Shown piece by piece: positions 1-13,490 of a stretch of DNA of 64,000 nucleotides (position 1 is its first letter; each line of letters opens with the position of its first letter). Below the pieces are notes generated by a model. That model worked only from the letters and a program-made list of their open reading frames with translations. It made no database searches and was not told the DNA's origin. The translations under genes were made by a program, and so were the position numbers. Origin of the DNA: the human T2T-CHM13v2.0 reference genome, Homo sapiens; the NCBI RefSeq assembly GCF_009914755.1, contig NC_060934.1, one strand, 5' to 3'.

Positions 1-156
1 CAAAAACAGAAAACTCACTGCTTGTTCAGTAGTACTTTAAATTCTAGTCTTTTTCCCCAATTCACTTGGTACTTTTTATCTTTCAGTGTCCCCAAGTAGC
101 TGTTTCATGCATTCTATCTAGGTTTTATAACTATATTTAATGAAAAAGACAGGGTG

Positions 157-400
157 GGCTGGGCGCGGTGGCTCACGCCCTTAATCCCAACAGTTTAGAA
201 GGCCGAGGTGGTCGGATCACCTGAGGTCAGGAGTTCAAGACCAGCCTGGCCAACATGTTGAAACCCAGTCTCGACTAAAAATACAACAATTAGCTGGGCG
301 TGGTGGTGCACACCTGTAGCCTCAGATTGTGCCACTGCAGTCCAACCTGGGTGACAGAGTGAGACTCTATCTCAAAAAAAAAAAAAAAAAAAAAAAAAAA
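157..400 (+). mobile_element. AluS-type SINE with an internal deletion in the right arm
   Basis: GGCTGGGCGCGGTGGCTCACG start, A-rich linker, poly(A) to 400. The right arm jumps from CCTGTAGCCTC to AGATTGTGCC. TSD-like AAAAAGACAgGGTG / AAAAAGACAaGGTG. Confidence 0.93.
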
Positions 401-465
401 GACAAGGTGGAGTGTGCTTACTCCATCTTACCTAGAGCTGGAATGGAACATTGTTTTTAAATGGC

Positions 466-641
466 TGTTATGGATTGAATGTTTTTGTATCCTCAAAATG
501 CACAAGTTGAAGCTCTAACCCTGAAAGTAATGGTATTTAGCAATGAGGCCTTTGAGAGGTAATTAGGATTAGATGAGGTCATGAGAGTGGGGCATCATGA
601 TGGGATTAGTGCCCTTGTAAGAGGAGACACCAAAGAGCTCA

Positions 642-672
<31 letters not shown>

Positions 673-861
673 CTTTTTGTGAGGACATAGCAAGAAGGCA
701 GCTGTCTGCAAGCCAGAAAGAGAGGCCTCACCAGGAGTTAAATCAGCTGGCACCTTGATTCGGGACTTCCCAGCCTCTCAAACTGTGAGAAAGTAGATTT
801 CTGCTGTTTTCGCCATTCAGTCTATGGTATTTTGTTTTGGCACCTTGAGCAGACAAATACA
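466..861 (+). mobile_element. MaLR solo LTR (MLT1A/MST-like) containing a (CT)n tract
   Basis: TGTTATGGATTGAATG start; CCTTTGAGAGGTAATTAGG; GACTTCCCAGCCTCTCAAACTGTGAGAAA; CAGTCTATGGTATTTTGTT...ACA end. Subfamily assigned from recall. Confidence 0.8.
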
Positions 862-2113
862 ATTGCCAACATATTCATGAAAAAATTCTTGGCACTACAT
901 ATTGCCTCATTCTTCCCAATTCAGTCACTACTTTTCTTTATAATTCTACCTGTACATGTTTTCTGCAAGATTTATAACAAATTATACTTAGCTGAATTTC
1001 TAGACAGAAATAGAAACAAATCCCCCAACACTAGATGGATAGCTTTAGAGATCCAATAATTTTGTGCCATGTAGTTGTAACACTTCAAATATATATATTT
1101 TGGTATGTCTTTTTTGAATTAATTTATTGCTTAATTGTTTGGTCTTCAGTCACCTTGACTAAATTTGCCTGATGTTTCTCTGTAAATAATCTCAAGGCTA
1201 GGTGACCTAGGTCCTGTTTGGGCCAATTATTTTTATTTTTATCTCTGAGAAGCTTGCCTCAAAGAGAACTTATGGTTAGGAGCCAACAGTCCATTTCTTT
1301 CACATACATCCTGTTAAACTATAAGAAACGAGGATCGTATTGAATAATATAAATGAGTAGAAGGAAGATAAAGCAATTTGCTTGTCTTCTGCAGATAGTA
1401 GTTTTAAATAAATTTTTATCTAATAGTAAACAGAACATGAGTAATTCTTGACCATCAAGAGAAGGACAAGTCCTTATAATTGGAGTGGAACTGGACTAGA
1501 ACTAGGCTATTGTCTCAAGTGGGACGAAGACTCTAGAATAGATCAGTGAGCTTTGTACCTAAGGCAATTTCATGTTATGCTCTATTGCTTTCCACCAAAT
1601 GGGCTTCTTTCTTTCTTCCCCCCCGCCGCCCCCAGTAATCTTCTCCATCTCATCCATTCCCTCTTCTTTTTCTCTTCCTCACAGTTTTTATATCTGTGAA
1701 CCTGGATGAATTAGTAGATTTAAAGAAGTAGTGGGATTGTAAAAAGCTGCTGATCTTTATCCTCTTTAAAAATCTGTCAACACCTCTCATCTTTTCCTTG
1801 TATGCTGCCTTCCTATTCCTGTTCCACCTTTCCATATTGTCCTTCACTTCATGGCCAGGCTTTAGCCCTGCCAGTGGTGGCCAGAGACATGAATTAACTC
1901 TGTTTGAGTCATTTAGGAATAAAAAGATTATTACTGACCTCAATTCTAGAATAAAAATACTGTAGTTTTTCTCTCCCACACTATAATTTTACTAAAATGT
2001 TACATTGTTCCAGAGTTAATCAGGATACTCTGTGAAATTAAACCTTAATTGTGATTTGGCTACTTCCATCTTAGAGAAAATTAAAAGAGAAATATTAGAA
2101 AATGATAATTTCA

Positions 2114-2410
2114 GGCTGGATGCAGTGGCTCATGCCTATAATCCCAACACTTCGTGATGACAAGGCGGGAAGATTGCTTGAAACCAAAGGTTTGAGATGA
2201 GCCTGGGCAACATAGTGAGACCCTGTCTCTAAAAATAAAAGTAAAAAATTAGCCGGGTGTTGTGGTGTGCCCCTGTAGTCCTAGCTACTTGAAGGCTGAG
2301 GTGGGAGGATCACTTGAGCCCAGGAGGTTGAGGCTGCAGTGAGCCATGATTGCGCCATTGCACTCCAGCCTAGGTGACAGAGTGAGACCCTATCTCTGAA
2401 AAAGAAAAAA
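2114..2410 (+). mobile_element. AluJ-type SINE
   Basis: Dimeric Alu with GGAGGATCACTTGAGCCCAGGAGG. TSD GAAAATGATAATTTCA on both sides. Confidence 0.93.
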
Positions 2411-2681
2411 GAAAATGATAATTTCATCAGAACTTGTTTGAAAGAGAAACGTTAGTTTCTTGAACAAAATTAGGAGTGCACATTTGAGGGAATTTTGGTT
2501 ATTTCTACTGCAACTGAGGAAACAGGTATATTACTATGTTTGATTTGTAATTAACTAGGCCTCATAGCCCTTTTTTCACCCCTTCAGGGAACAGAATATT
2601 TCTTAAGTTTGACATTTCCTCTGTTGATGTTCCCTTTGGAAAACATAAAATATAAATAGTGATTAAGGTCTTTCCAGATAG

Positions 2682-2746
2682 TGTCCCATACCAAAGTGTA
2701 GAAAGAACATACATAATGTCCCATACCAAAGCGTAGAAAGAACATA
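2682..2746. repeat. 35-bp tandem duplication (2 copies)
   Basis: TGTCCCATACCAAAGtGTAGAAAGAACATA at 2682 and TGTCCCATACCAAAGcGTAGAAAGAACATA at 2717. Confidence 0.9.
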
Positions 2747-3738
2747 ACATGACATGATAATGTAAAGTAATATATGATGATATTTTTATCTCAGGGCTAT
2801 ATTATATCCAGCTGATAAGTTGTATTTGTATGTTTGTTTATAATTGAAAAAGTATGTAGTCTTTTAGTCACGGAGCTTATGAGTACTTAACTGAGCATCT
2901 CTCTGATACGTAAAAAAACTGCTAGCATGAGAAGTACAAAGGTACAAAGATTTACCTAGTAATTTTTTTTTTTAATCTCTAAGAAACTTCAGTGGAAGCA
3001 GGACTGCTTCCACTGTAGTGAAAGCTAAGATGTAGTTAGGAGTTGTCAAGCTTTACACTAGAGCCTATATGAAGTTTTGATTCTAAGTGTTAATGTACCT
3101 TCTGACAACTGTGAATGAACCTTGTTCCTGGGGAGCGCGTTCTGGTTTTCTCTTTGCACAGTTAAGCTGAGACTAGCATCATTCTAGTTTGCAGGTGACA
3201 TTCTCTGGGAAGCTAGTCTATGGGGGAGATGACATCTTCTGAACCTAGTCCCCACAGAGAACTTTGAATGAGTGGAATCAAGAGGTTGCCTGCATTCTTG
3301 CTCATGTCACAATGCTGGACATGTGACTTCAGAGAAGCATGTGCCAGGTCAATATGATTGGGCTGTTCTCACAATACAAGGCCTTGACCATAGAGTGATT
3401 CAGAGGCAAATGCAGCCTTCTTAGACTCTTAACCAAAACATTGGCATGACATAAAATTATAATTAATAAAAGATATACAGTTATTTCAAAAGTACCGTTT
3501 TATTGGGACATCTCAAAGGACTAAGAAAATGTTTATTTTCTTATCTCCTATCTTTTGTTAATAGCTGTTCATCGCTCATCAGCCTTTACTGAAAGCTTAT
3601 CATGTATCAAACAATATGCCAGGTGTCAGAGAGGGCAGCAAAGAGAGTACAATTGAGTTAGATAGAGTACCTGCACTCAATAATAATAACAGCTAACACT
3701 TACATAGTGCTTTCTGCGTGCCAGGCTTGTCCTAAGTG

Positions 3739-3743
<5 letters not shown>

Positions 3744-3781
<38 letters not shown>
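3744..3781. repeat. (CA)n microsatellite within a MIR remnant
   Basis: About 19 uninterrupted AC units. MIR-like flanks: AATAATAACAGCTAACACTTAC before and CCCATTTTACGGATGAGGAC after the Alu. Confidence 0.95.
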
Positions 3782-3783
<2 letters not shown>

Positions 3784-3815
3784 CCTCACTCAGTCCTTAT
3801 AAAAACCCACTGATA

Positions 3816-4116
<301 letters not shown>

Positions 4117-4432
4117 TTAAAAACCCAATGAGGTGGCTACTGTTATCATCCCCATTTTACGGATGAGGACATGGGTACATAGAGATTAAGTAACTTGCCA
4201 AAGATCTCACAACTGGTAAGTGGCAGAGCAAAATTTGAAAACAAACAATCTGGTTCCAGAAACTGTACTTTTAACCTCATGATAGCTTCCTGAGGAATTT
4301 ATGATCTGAGTATATATAGTAAGTACCTCCCCTTTCAGGGTAAGGCAGTAGGTAATGGTGAACAGGGAAGCAAAAGGTGACTCAGGTTGAGTAAACAACA
4401 CCAAGCATATCTGACTCAAGGAATGCTTCAGA

Positions 4433-4954
<522 letters not shown>

Positions 4955-5709
4955 TAAATGTAGCAAGAAATTAGAAATCTTTATGAACAGATGGCAATCC
5001 AGTTTAATGTTATGTGCATGGCCACAACCCTTATTCCACTACATCCTCCTTTCACATATATATTATGAAGGTTAATGAATACAATCATTGTGATAACATT
5101 TCTTTTCTCCCTTTCTCCCTCCTCTGGTAGAGTACTCACATAAAGGCTGCATTCACAATTGAGGTTAGAACTTGTCTAGGCATGTCTAGTGAGCAATGGG
5201 AGGAGTCTGCTAGGAAAGTACTTTCAGAATACTGGAAACCTTAGGGAGAAAACTCCTCCTGAAGGTAGAAAATTGCAGAAATTATAATAAAGCCTCAGCT
5301 GCTATAGGAGAAGGATAGCTTTAGTACTTTTGGTAGGGAAGCAGTGTAGCAGCAAATTTTAAGAGATATATGAGAGGTATTTAAGTGGATCATGCCTGTA
5401 GGTCATTTAGTAGTAGTATGCAATCAATAAATATTCATTATTACTTGTGTGACAGTGCTTACCCCACACTGTCCTTTATAGAAACATATTTGCAGAGACC
5501 TGGGGAGAAAATGCAAACATGCCAGAGGGCTTCATAAGACCATACATACCCTTTAATGACTCCATTAAGTGTTATCAACAAATGTTAGTAATAATAAATA
5601 TAGTTATTATCATTATTGTTCTTATTACAGCCTCATTTTATGTTATTACTGATTTTTTAATGGGGTCAGTGAGAAAATAAGACTTCATTCTCAAAATATT
5701 CAAATGTCT

Positions 5710-6700
5710 AGTCAGATCCTGGCAGCAGCTGCAGCGGCTCTCCTTGCCATCTCCTTTTCACTTCTGGAAACATGGGCTCCCATGTGGCTGTCTTTGATGA
5801 TGTCATCAAGGTGTTCAGTGACATGAAAGTGTGCAAGTCTTCAACACTAGAAAAGGTGAAGAAGCGCAAGAAGTTGCTGCTCTTCTGCCTGAGTGAGTAC
5901 AAGAAGTACATCATCCTTGCGGAGGCCAAGAAGATCCTGGTAAGTAATGTGGACCAAACCATTGATGATCCCTATGCCACTTTTGTCAAGATGCTGACAG
6001 TAAGGACTGCCGCTACGCCCCTTATGACGCCACCAAGGACAGCAAGAAGAAGGACCTGGTGTTTATCTTCTGGGCCTCTGAGTCTGCATCCATTAAGAGC
6101 AAAATGATCTATGCCAGCTCCAAAGACGTCATCAAGAAGCAGCTAGGGGTCAGCACTGTCGTCTTCTTGGAGGGCAAACTTTGTGATCCCCTCCAGCGCC
6201 CTTCCTGGAGAATCTACTAGTCCCAGACCTGCCCTCAGGGATTGCAGGCTGCCCCCTTCCTGCCAGACTGGAGGGCCTGGGGGAATCCCAGCAGAGGGAA
6301 GGCACTCCCTTCACCCCAATTGCCAAACAGCCCCCCAACTCCCTGGATTTTCCTCCTCTCTCCATCCCTGACAGTTCTGGCCTTCCCAAACTGCTTGGAT
6401 CTTCTGATTCCTCTTGGGTTGAAGCAGACCAAGTTCTCCCAGGAACCCCAGTTGGGGAAGGCCTATATATATATTTTAAAAACAACCCCACTCTCCACCT
6501 GTTCCTCCACCTTCCCATGCTACAACTTCTAACCACAACAGTGACTCTGTGCCTGTCTGTTTAGTTCTGTGTATAAATGGAATGTTGTGAAGATGGCCCC
6601 TTCCCATGCCAGCTGGTTCCTCTCCCTTGGTTATGGCCGCTAATGGAAACCGGACTAGTGAGCGACCTTTAATTTTTAAAAAAAGAAAATACAATAAAAT
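5710..6700 (+). pseudogene. CFL1P1: Processed cofilin-1 pseudogene
   Basis: ORF 5772-6107 MGSHVAVFDDVIKVFSDMKVCKSS...KKRKK...[11 protein letters not shown] matches the CFL1 N-terminus. It is intronless, frameshifted near 6000 and has a large internal deletion. CFL1-like 5' and 3' UTRs, AATAAA at 6693-6698, TSD AATAtTCAAATGTcT (5695-5709) / AATAcTCAAATGTtT (6701-6715). Symbol inferred from position upstream of PTEN. Confidence 0.93.
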
Positions 6701-6992
6701 AATACTCAAATGTTTAAGCAGATTTCCCAAAACAGAGTAGAATAGAATTCATATGAATAAGCAAACAATTTAATTGTTACTACTGGCATTATGTTATGGA
6801 TTTTGCTTTCCTACAGAAAATAACTCCACAACTGATTTTATTAGTATAGAATTAATTTCTTGCTAAGAGTCATTTTTGCTTATCTCACCATTGGATATTT
6901 GCAAAGTCACTAATATTTCTTTTATCCATCATTCATATGTAAGTAAATATGTACCTTACTTCCTCTTTCCAGGCAAGTAGAGGTTCCAAATA

Positions 6993-8121
6993 TAGCCATG
7001 TGTCACATAACAGGGATTTGTTCTGATAAACGAATCCATAGACAATTTTGTCTTTGTGCAAACATGATAAAGTGTACTTGCACAAACCTAGATGGTGTAG
7101 CCCACTACACACCTAAGCTATGTGGTATAGCCTGTTGCTTCTAGGCTACAAACATGTACAGCATGTTACTATACTGAGTACTGTAGGCAAGTGTAACATA
7201 ATGGTCAGTATTTGTGTATCTAAACATACCTAAATATAGAAAAGGTACAGTAAAAATATGGTATAAAAGATAAATGGTATACCTGTATAAGGCATTTACC
7301 ATGAATGGAGCTTGCAGGACTGGAAGTTGCTCTGGGTGAGTCAATGAGTGAGTGGTGAGTCACTGTGAAAGCCTAGGACATTATTGTACACTACTGTAAA
7401 CTGCATAAACACTGCACACTAGGCTACAATTTATGAAAAAATTTCTTCAATAATAAGCTATTAAATAACATAAAGTTGTAAATAATAATAAATTATGATT
7501 ACATATCAACAATATTTTCTTTATATCCTATAAGCTTTTTTCTATTTTTAAATTAATTTCTTAAAATTTTTTAAACTTATTTTGTTAAAAACTAAGACAC
7601 AAACACCCATGTAAGCACAGGCCTACACATGGTGAGGATCATCAGTATCGGTGTCTTCCACATCCACATTTTGTCCACTGGAAGCTCTTCAGAGTTAGTA
7701 ACATACACGGAGCTGTCGTCTGCTGTGATATTGAAGCTGTTTTCTGGAATACCTCCTGAAGAACCTGCCTGAGGCTGTTTTACAGTTAACTAAAAAAAAA
7801 TAAGTAGAAGGAGTACACTCTAAAATAACAATTAAAAGTATGGTATAGTAAATACATAAAGTGGTAACAGTTGTTTATTATCATTATCAAGTATTACATA
7901 GTGTACATAATTGAATGTGCTATACTTTTATATGACTGGTAGTGCAGTAAGTTTGCTTGCACCAGCATCACCGCAAACTGTGAGTAATGCATTACTCCAT
8001 GACGTTAGGATGGCTAGGTTCACAAGGCGATAGGAATTTTTCAGCTCCATTATAATCATGGGACTGCCTTGGTATATGCGGGCTGTTGTTGACAGAAACG
8101 TCATTATGTCACGCAAGACTA
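6993..8121 (+). mobile_element. TcMar-Tigger DNA transposon, non-autonomous (Tigger3b/GOLEM-like)
   Basis: CACAAACCTAGATGGTGTAGCCCACTACACACCTAAGCTA...GTACAGCATGTTACT signature. Degenerate terminal inverted repeats (TAGCCATGTGTCACATAAC / ATTATGTCACGCAAGACTA). Confidence 0.8.
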
Positions 8122-8761
8122 GATAATGAGGGAATCCTTTTCCTCCTAATTGGTTATTTGAGCTGTTTAATCTCCCTTCCACTCCCAGCAAGTGTAGTCA
8201 TTAAAATACCTTACATAACTATGGAGCCTTCATGATTAGAACTGCGATATGATGATGTTACATACCCACTCAGGGTTCTCTGCTTCAGGGCCAAAGTTTG
8301 GGCAATGTCACACCTATTGTACTTTTTGGATGGGTTTCTCTGTCATGAGAGGAATGGGAAATGAAAGAAGGATGAGCCCAATGTAATTCTGAGAATCAGA
8401 TTTAACTAGTATCTGATAAAGCTTGCAAAATTTCCATGTTGATAAGTTGATCTAATTTATTTGTTTAACCTGCTGTATAATGTTTTATCATATGAAAATA
8501 TCACATTTGATTTATCTATATGGAACATTTAGATTCTAATTTTTTGCTGTTTTAAATAATATTTCCATGAATTTCCCTATATGTTTCTGCTTTCAATATA
8601 TGAAAGTTTTGCTAGAGTAGGGGTCTTTAAACTTTTTTGTTAGCTTATCCCACAAACAATTTGGAAAAACTTTTCCTCTATACACATGGTAGAGTTAGAA
8701 TTGAACTTTTTTATTCTAAGTTTAAGTAGGTGGAAAGGAAGTAATTTCCTAGTTATGTAAC

Positions 8762-9108
<347 letters not shown>

Positions 9109-9969
9109 TAACATTTAAAGTAGAATTCTTAAGTGTATCCAATATTCATAAATACCATAGTAATTTGTTGCCATTGCCCATCAAAACATTAAAAAAACGA
9201 ACAAGCATTTTTTACAATGGGAAATTTTACATCATTCTTTTTTCTCTTTGAACTTGAATTTTTTTTCCAATTCTGATACAGATTTTTATTTGGATGTAAT
9301 ATATATTATGTGTGAATATCTTTTATTGATGATGACTGTATCATATTTCCATGCAACAAATTTTATAAAAATTTAAATTGTGTTAAATTTTCTGGACCAT
9401 AATGCTCCTCAGTGTTAAAAATTATTCCAAATTATCATTAATATTTTTGTATAATCAAATAAATACTTTTAAATTTTGATAATTATTAAATATAAAAAAA
9501 TCAACTGGGCTTAAAAAATTGGTTTATATATCACAAATGAATTTTATATATTCCTAGAAGGAGACAAGTTCAGCATTAGATCATTTATCCCTAGTTTTTG
9601 CTTTTATGTTGTAAACATTGAGTAATATTATTCACATAAGTAGATGGTGAGTGAAAGGAAGTGTTTTAGCAGTGTTACTCATTTATTTGAAAGCTTCCCA
9701 AATTATATGTCATACATCACTTAGTGATCTTATTTGTAATGATTTTTCAATGAATAGTTTCAATAGGTTCTCCTTCAATTTACCAGAAAAAAAATTAATG
9801 TTAAACAGGTTAACTTTTAAAAGGGTTTGTTGGTAAAATTATTCAGCTACTTAGCAGCAATATCATTATTGCAGATGATCTCTTTAGCTCCTTGCAGGTT
9901 TTTACACTTTCAGGCAGTACATCGTTTCAGCATTCAGATGGAGAGGGGTATTCTGTTCTCTTTTAAAGT

Positions 9970-9982
9970 GGGATAAAGGGCA
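9970..9982 (+). promoter_or_regulatory. DR1 / PPAR-RXR response element (PPRE-like), ~15.4 kb upstream of the PTEN TSS region
   Basis: GGGATA-A-AGGGCA preceded by AAAGT, a PPRE-type 5' extension. Position agrees with my recall of a distal PTEN PPRE. Confidence 0.65.
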
Positions 9983-10697
9983 CTGTGAAAGGGGAAATGG
10001 GGACAAGGAACTACTAGGTCCACTTGACTACACTAGTTCTGAGGCACATCAGATTTAGGAGAAAGTGTATATGGAAGTTATGGAATTGATTCTCTTGAAA
10101 CTAAGAACCTTATTTCTCCTATTTGAAGACCACTACTCTGATGTTTATACCCAAAAGTGGAATTGCTTGTGTTGGAGTCTCCTAAGCTGTGTAACTGTTT
10201 CACTGAAGTCACATCACTGAGGACATTGCTGTGCCTCTCAAGGACTCAGGAACAGTCCCTCTGTCCATATATGTAAGTCATAGCAATCTTCTATATTTGG
10301 GAAAAATCCCTTGGTCGCCTTATTTAAATAACTGGTGAGCAATGAGTAGTAATCCATCAGTGTTCTATGAGACACCAAATTTCTTTCTATAATGTGGCTT
10401 TTGACAACTTCTGGAAGTATTTTTATTCATGATTCTCACATTTCTTTCTTTAAAGGGCATCATTAGTCTACCATCAACCAAGATGTTATACAAAGACAGC
10501 ATCGTAATTCATTTACATTGAGTGCCCTAAAGCACAAATGCCTTTAAGGCCTTCTTTACTCTCTATTAATTGCAAAATAAACAGATGTCTACTGGAGAAG
10601 GTTATTAGAAATAATTTGTGCAGTTTGGGAGAACTAGGGGTCAGGATTCCTTGACTCAGCTTCTGAAACAAACTCAAGCCCACTAAACCACCAAGGT

Positions 10698-10806
10698 AAC
10701 TACATCCAGAAATCTGCAAACCAGAAAATGTTTGCCCTGAATAAGGTAAAGGACAAAAAAGAATAAGGGCAAACATTTTCTGGTTTGCAGATTTCTGGAT
10801 GTAGTT
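10698..10806. repeat. Perfect 41-bp inverted repeat with a 27-nt spacer
   Basis: AACTACATCCAGAAATCTGCAAACCAGAAAATGTTTGCCCT (10698-10738) and its exact reverse complement (10766-10806). Confidence 0.97.
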
Positions 10807-11419
10807 GCAAAGGACAGTACATTTCAAAAACAGAGTAATGGCCATTCTCAAGCAGGACTCAGTTTAATTCTACTTGAAAAGAGTGAGAACATTTAATGTG
10901 CCAAATTCAAGTCATAAGGAAAAGTTGACCAGTTAATAGGACAAATGCCACAACATTGTAAAATAAACAAGATTTGAAATGCAGAAAATCCTATTTTACA
11001 ATGAACAAGTCTACAAGAACACAAGAATAAAGCACACCTTAATTAAGTCCTCCCTCTTACTTGTTTCAACAGGTGAGGTAGGAAAACAGTGGTCCTATGA
11101 GTGGCAGCAGCCAATGGCCTGGGGCTGCACCCTGGGAGCTAGCCAAGACAAAGATGCCATGTCCAGAAAAGAAATTTCAGAAATGACTTATGGCTCAGAG
11201 CCATGTATGTAAATGAGGTTATTTTTTTTTTCTCTGAAAATGGTCTGTTTCTATCCATTAGCTTTCTCCCAGTTCCCTGACTTCATAAAATTTATGTTAA
11301 GGATTTGAAATATTCCCAGATTAATTTTCAAGTACCATGACTTTACTTAGAGACTTCATTTTTCTTTAGGGTTCCCTGCAATGCAAACCTGTACCTTCTT
11401 TAATAAATGTAAATATTTA

Positions 11420-11710
<291 letters not shown>

Positions 11711-12005
11711 GTAGTACATTTAGTACAATTAAGTAACAAAAATCTACAAAAGGGAACTGTTCTATTATATTTAGAAAAGATAAAATTTCCCTCCTAAGCT
11801 AGTTCTGACATTAGGTTTTTCTATGGTATTCTTTCTGAAGTTCCTACAAGAGAGAAAAATCTAAATCACAATAGGAGTATTTTTTGAACTTATTCTATTG
11901 ATCTTAAAACATTGTTTAATAAGAGACTTATAACTGGGCAGGGCCTAGAACTGCTTTATTTTATTATTTAGTGTAACCATGAAATTAAACAGTGGTCTAC
12001 CATTG

Positions 12006-12018
12006 GGGACCAAGGTCA
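12006..12018 (+). promoter_or_regulatory. DR1 / PPRE-like element, ~13.3 kb upstream of the PTEN TSS region
   Basis: GGGACC-A-AGGTCA with a perfect 3' half-site. Position agrees with my recall of a second distal PTEN PPRE. Confidence 0.65.
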
Positions 12019-12848
12019 GATTCAAAAAGATTTAAATATAAATTAAAGCTACTACACATTTATGTGGTTGAAAAATCAAAAGGTACAAAACAACAGCATC
12101 ACATATGATATCACTTGTGGCCCTTGCAGTTGTGTAACTTGGCAGTCCTGTATATATCACCTTCCCAGGGGATCTCTCAGCCATATCAGTTTCTTGTATA
12201 TTAATAAGGGGAATCTTGAAAGATAGAGGTCAAGAGGAGAAAAATAGGGATTGGAAGAAAGAATGGCAAGAGAGGGCAGGAGAAAGGAGAGTGGAACGAT
12301 GGACGAAAAGGGAAAGACTGAGGCCTTATACAAAGGATTGGCAACTTTCTCCCAGCCCTCTCTTGCAGTTGTCCTTGGTGTGTGTGTGTATATTTGTACA
12401 TGAATAGAAGAGGAAGAAATGGAAAGCTGGTGGGGGCGGGGGGAAGCCACTTATCTGGGGAAGGATAGTGGTGAGCCCTGGAGAATTTTTAACTTAGTGC
12501 ATGCATTACTTGAATAAAGTTCCTTGTATTGCCTTTTCTGATATCATTTTTATCTAGACTCATCCAAGAATATGTTAGTATTTTGAGATTTAGCTTTTGG
12601 GAAAAAATTCAAAGCTAATAAGCATAAATATTTGTGCAAGAAAGAGAAGCAGATATGCAGACCTCTACCACCTCTTACCAGAGACAAACTAACCTTTCTC
12701 CAGCACACATTGGCCTGATGAAATCTAGAATTAAGCTTTCTCTCAGCACTGACCTGCCTCAGACTGCAAAGAGGTTTTCTAACTGGTTTTGAGCCATGAT
12801 GAAGGTGCTGACTGTAACTGCATGGCAGCATTTTCATTGACTCCAACT

Positions 12849-12867
12849 CTTCAGCAGGTGGCAGCGT
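12849..12867 (+). promoter_or_regulatory. Candidate CTCF site
   Basis: CTTCAGCAGGTGGCAGCGT closely fits the CCASYAGRKGGCRS core and lies in non-repetitive sequence. Confidence 0.55.
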
Positions 12868-13344
12868 TCTCCTTGCTCCATGTGGGTTTGGTGTTTCCTT
12901 CCTTTCAAAAGAGCACGGGCCTCACAGTCCCTTTTCTGTCTGCGGTCCACATGTAACGGCTGCCTCCTTTATATTCTTGTCTGAAAGACACTCTCCCAGT
13001 AATCTTAGGAACTAAGGAGGAGAAACAAATTTGCAACATGTGGCTATTCATGTTTTAATGTTTGATCCTTAAGGTATTTAGCGTCATGGGCTAATTTCAA
13101 GGCACTTAAGGTTAGAGAGTGAACATCGGGAATCATTCATTCACTTATCCTTGTTTTTCTCCATCCCAAACCCTATTTATCATCTCTATTTAAGCAATCT
13201 CCTTGTTTTCTTTGTTCACTCCTTTCCAAGCCTTGAAAATGTCATTAAAAACCATCTCTAGTCAAATTTCTAACTAACTCATTTAGGTTTCTATACAAGC
13301 TAGACTTTCTTACCATCTTTATTCACTGATAGGGTATATCAGGG

Positions 13345-13490
13345 AATTCTCCGGGCTCCAACTGAGGATCCCTCACTGAGTTGCTGTGTAATCTGGGGCA
13401 TGTAAACCCTTTGCGCCTCAGTTTCTTCATTTGTAAAATGAGATTGGTAAACTAGCGGGTCTATGAAGTTTTTTTCTAGCTCTTATGCAC
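13345..13490. mobile_element. MIR SINE remnant
   Basis: MIR core GCCTCAGTTTCTTCATTTGTAAAATGAG. Confidence 0.7.

Noticed and set aside
2682-2746. 35-bp direct repeat as a CRISPR-like array
   Set aside because: Only two adjacent copies, no unique spacers, no cas genes, human DNA.
3140-3200. Strong-looking splice acceptor TTTTCTCTTTGCACAG (AG at 3160-3161), a possible exon of a spliced CFL1P1 transcript
   Set aside because: No convincing donor or transcript evidence from sequence alone; such motifs are common.
12157-12450. Purine-rich tract with overlapping short ORFs
   Set aside because: Low-complexity GA-rich sequence with no clear mirror repeat or coding signal.
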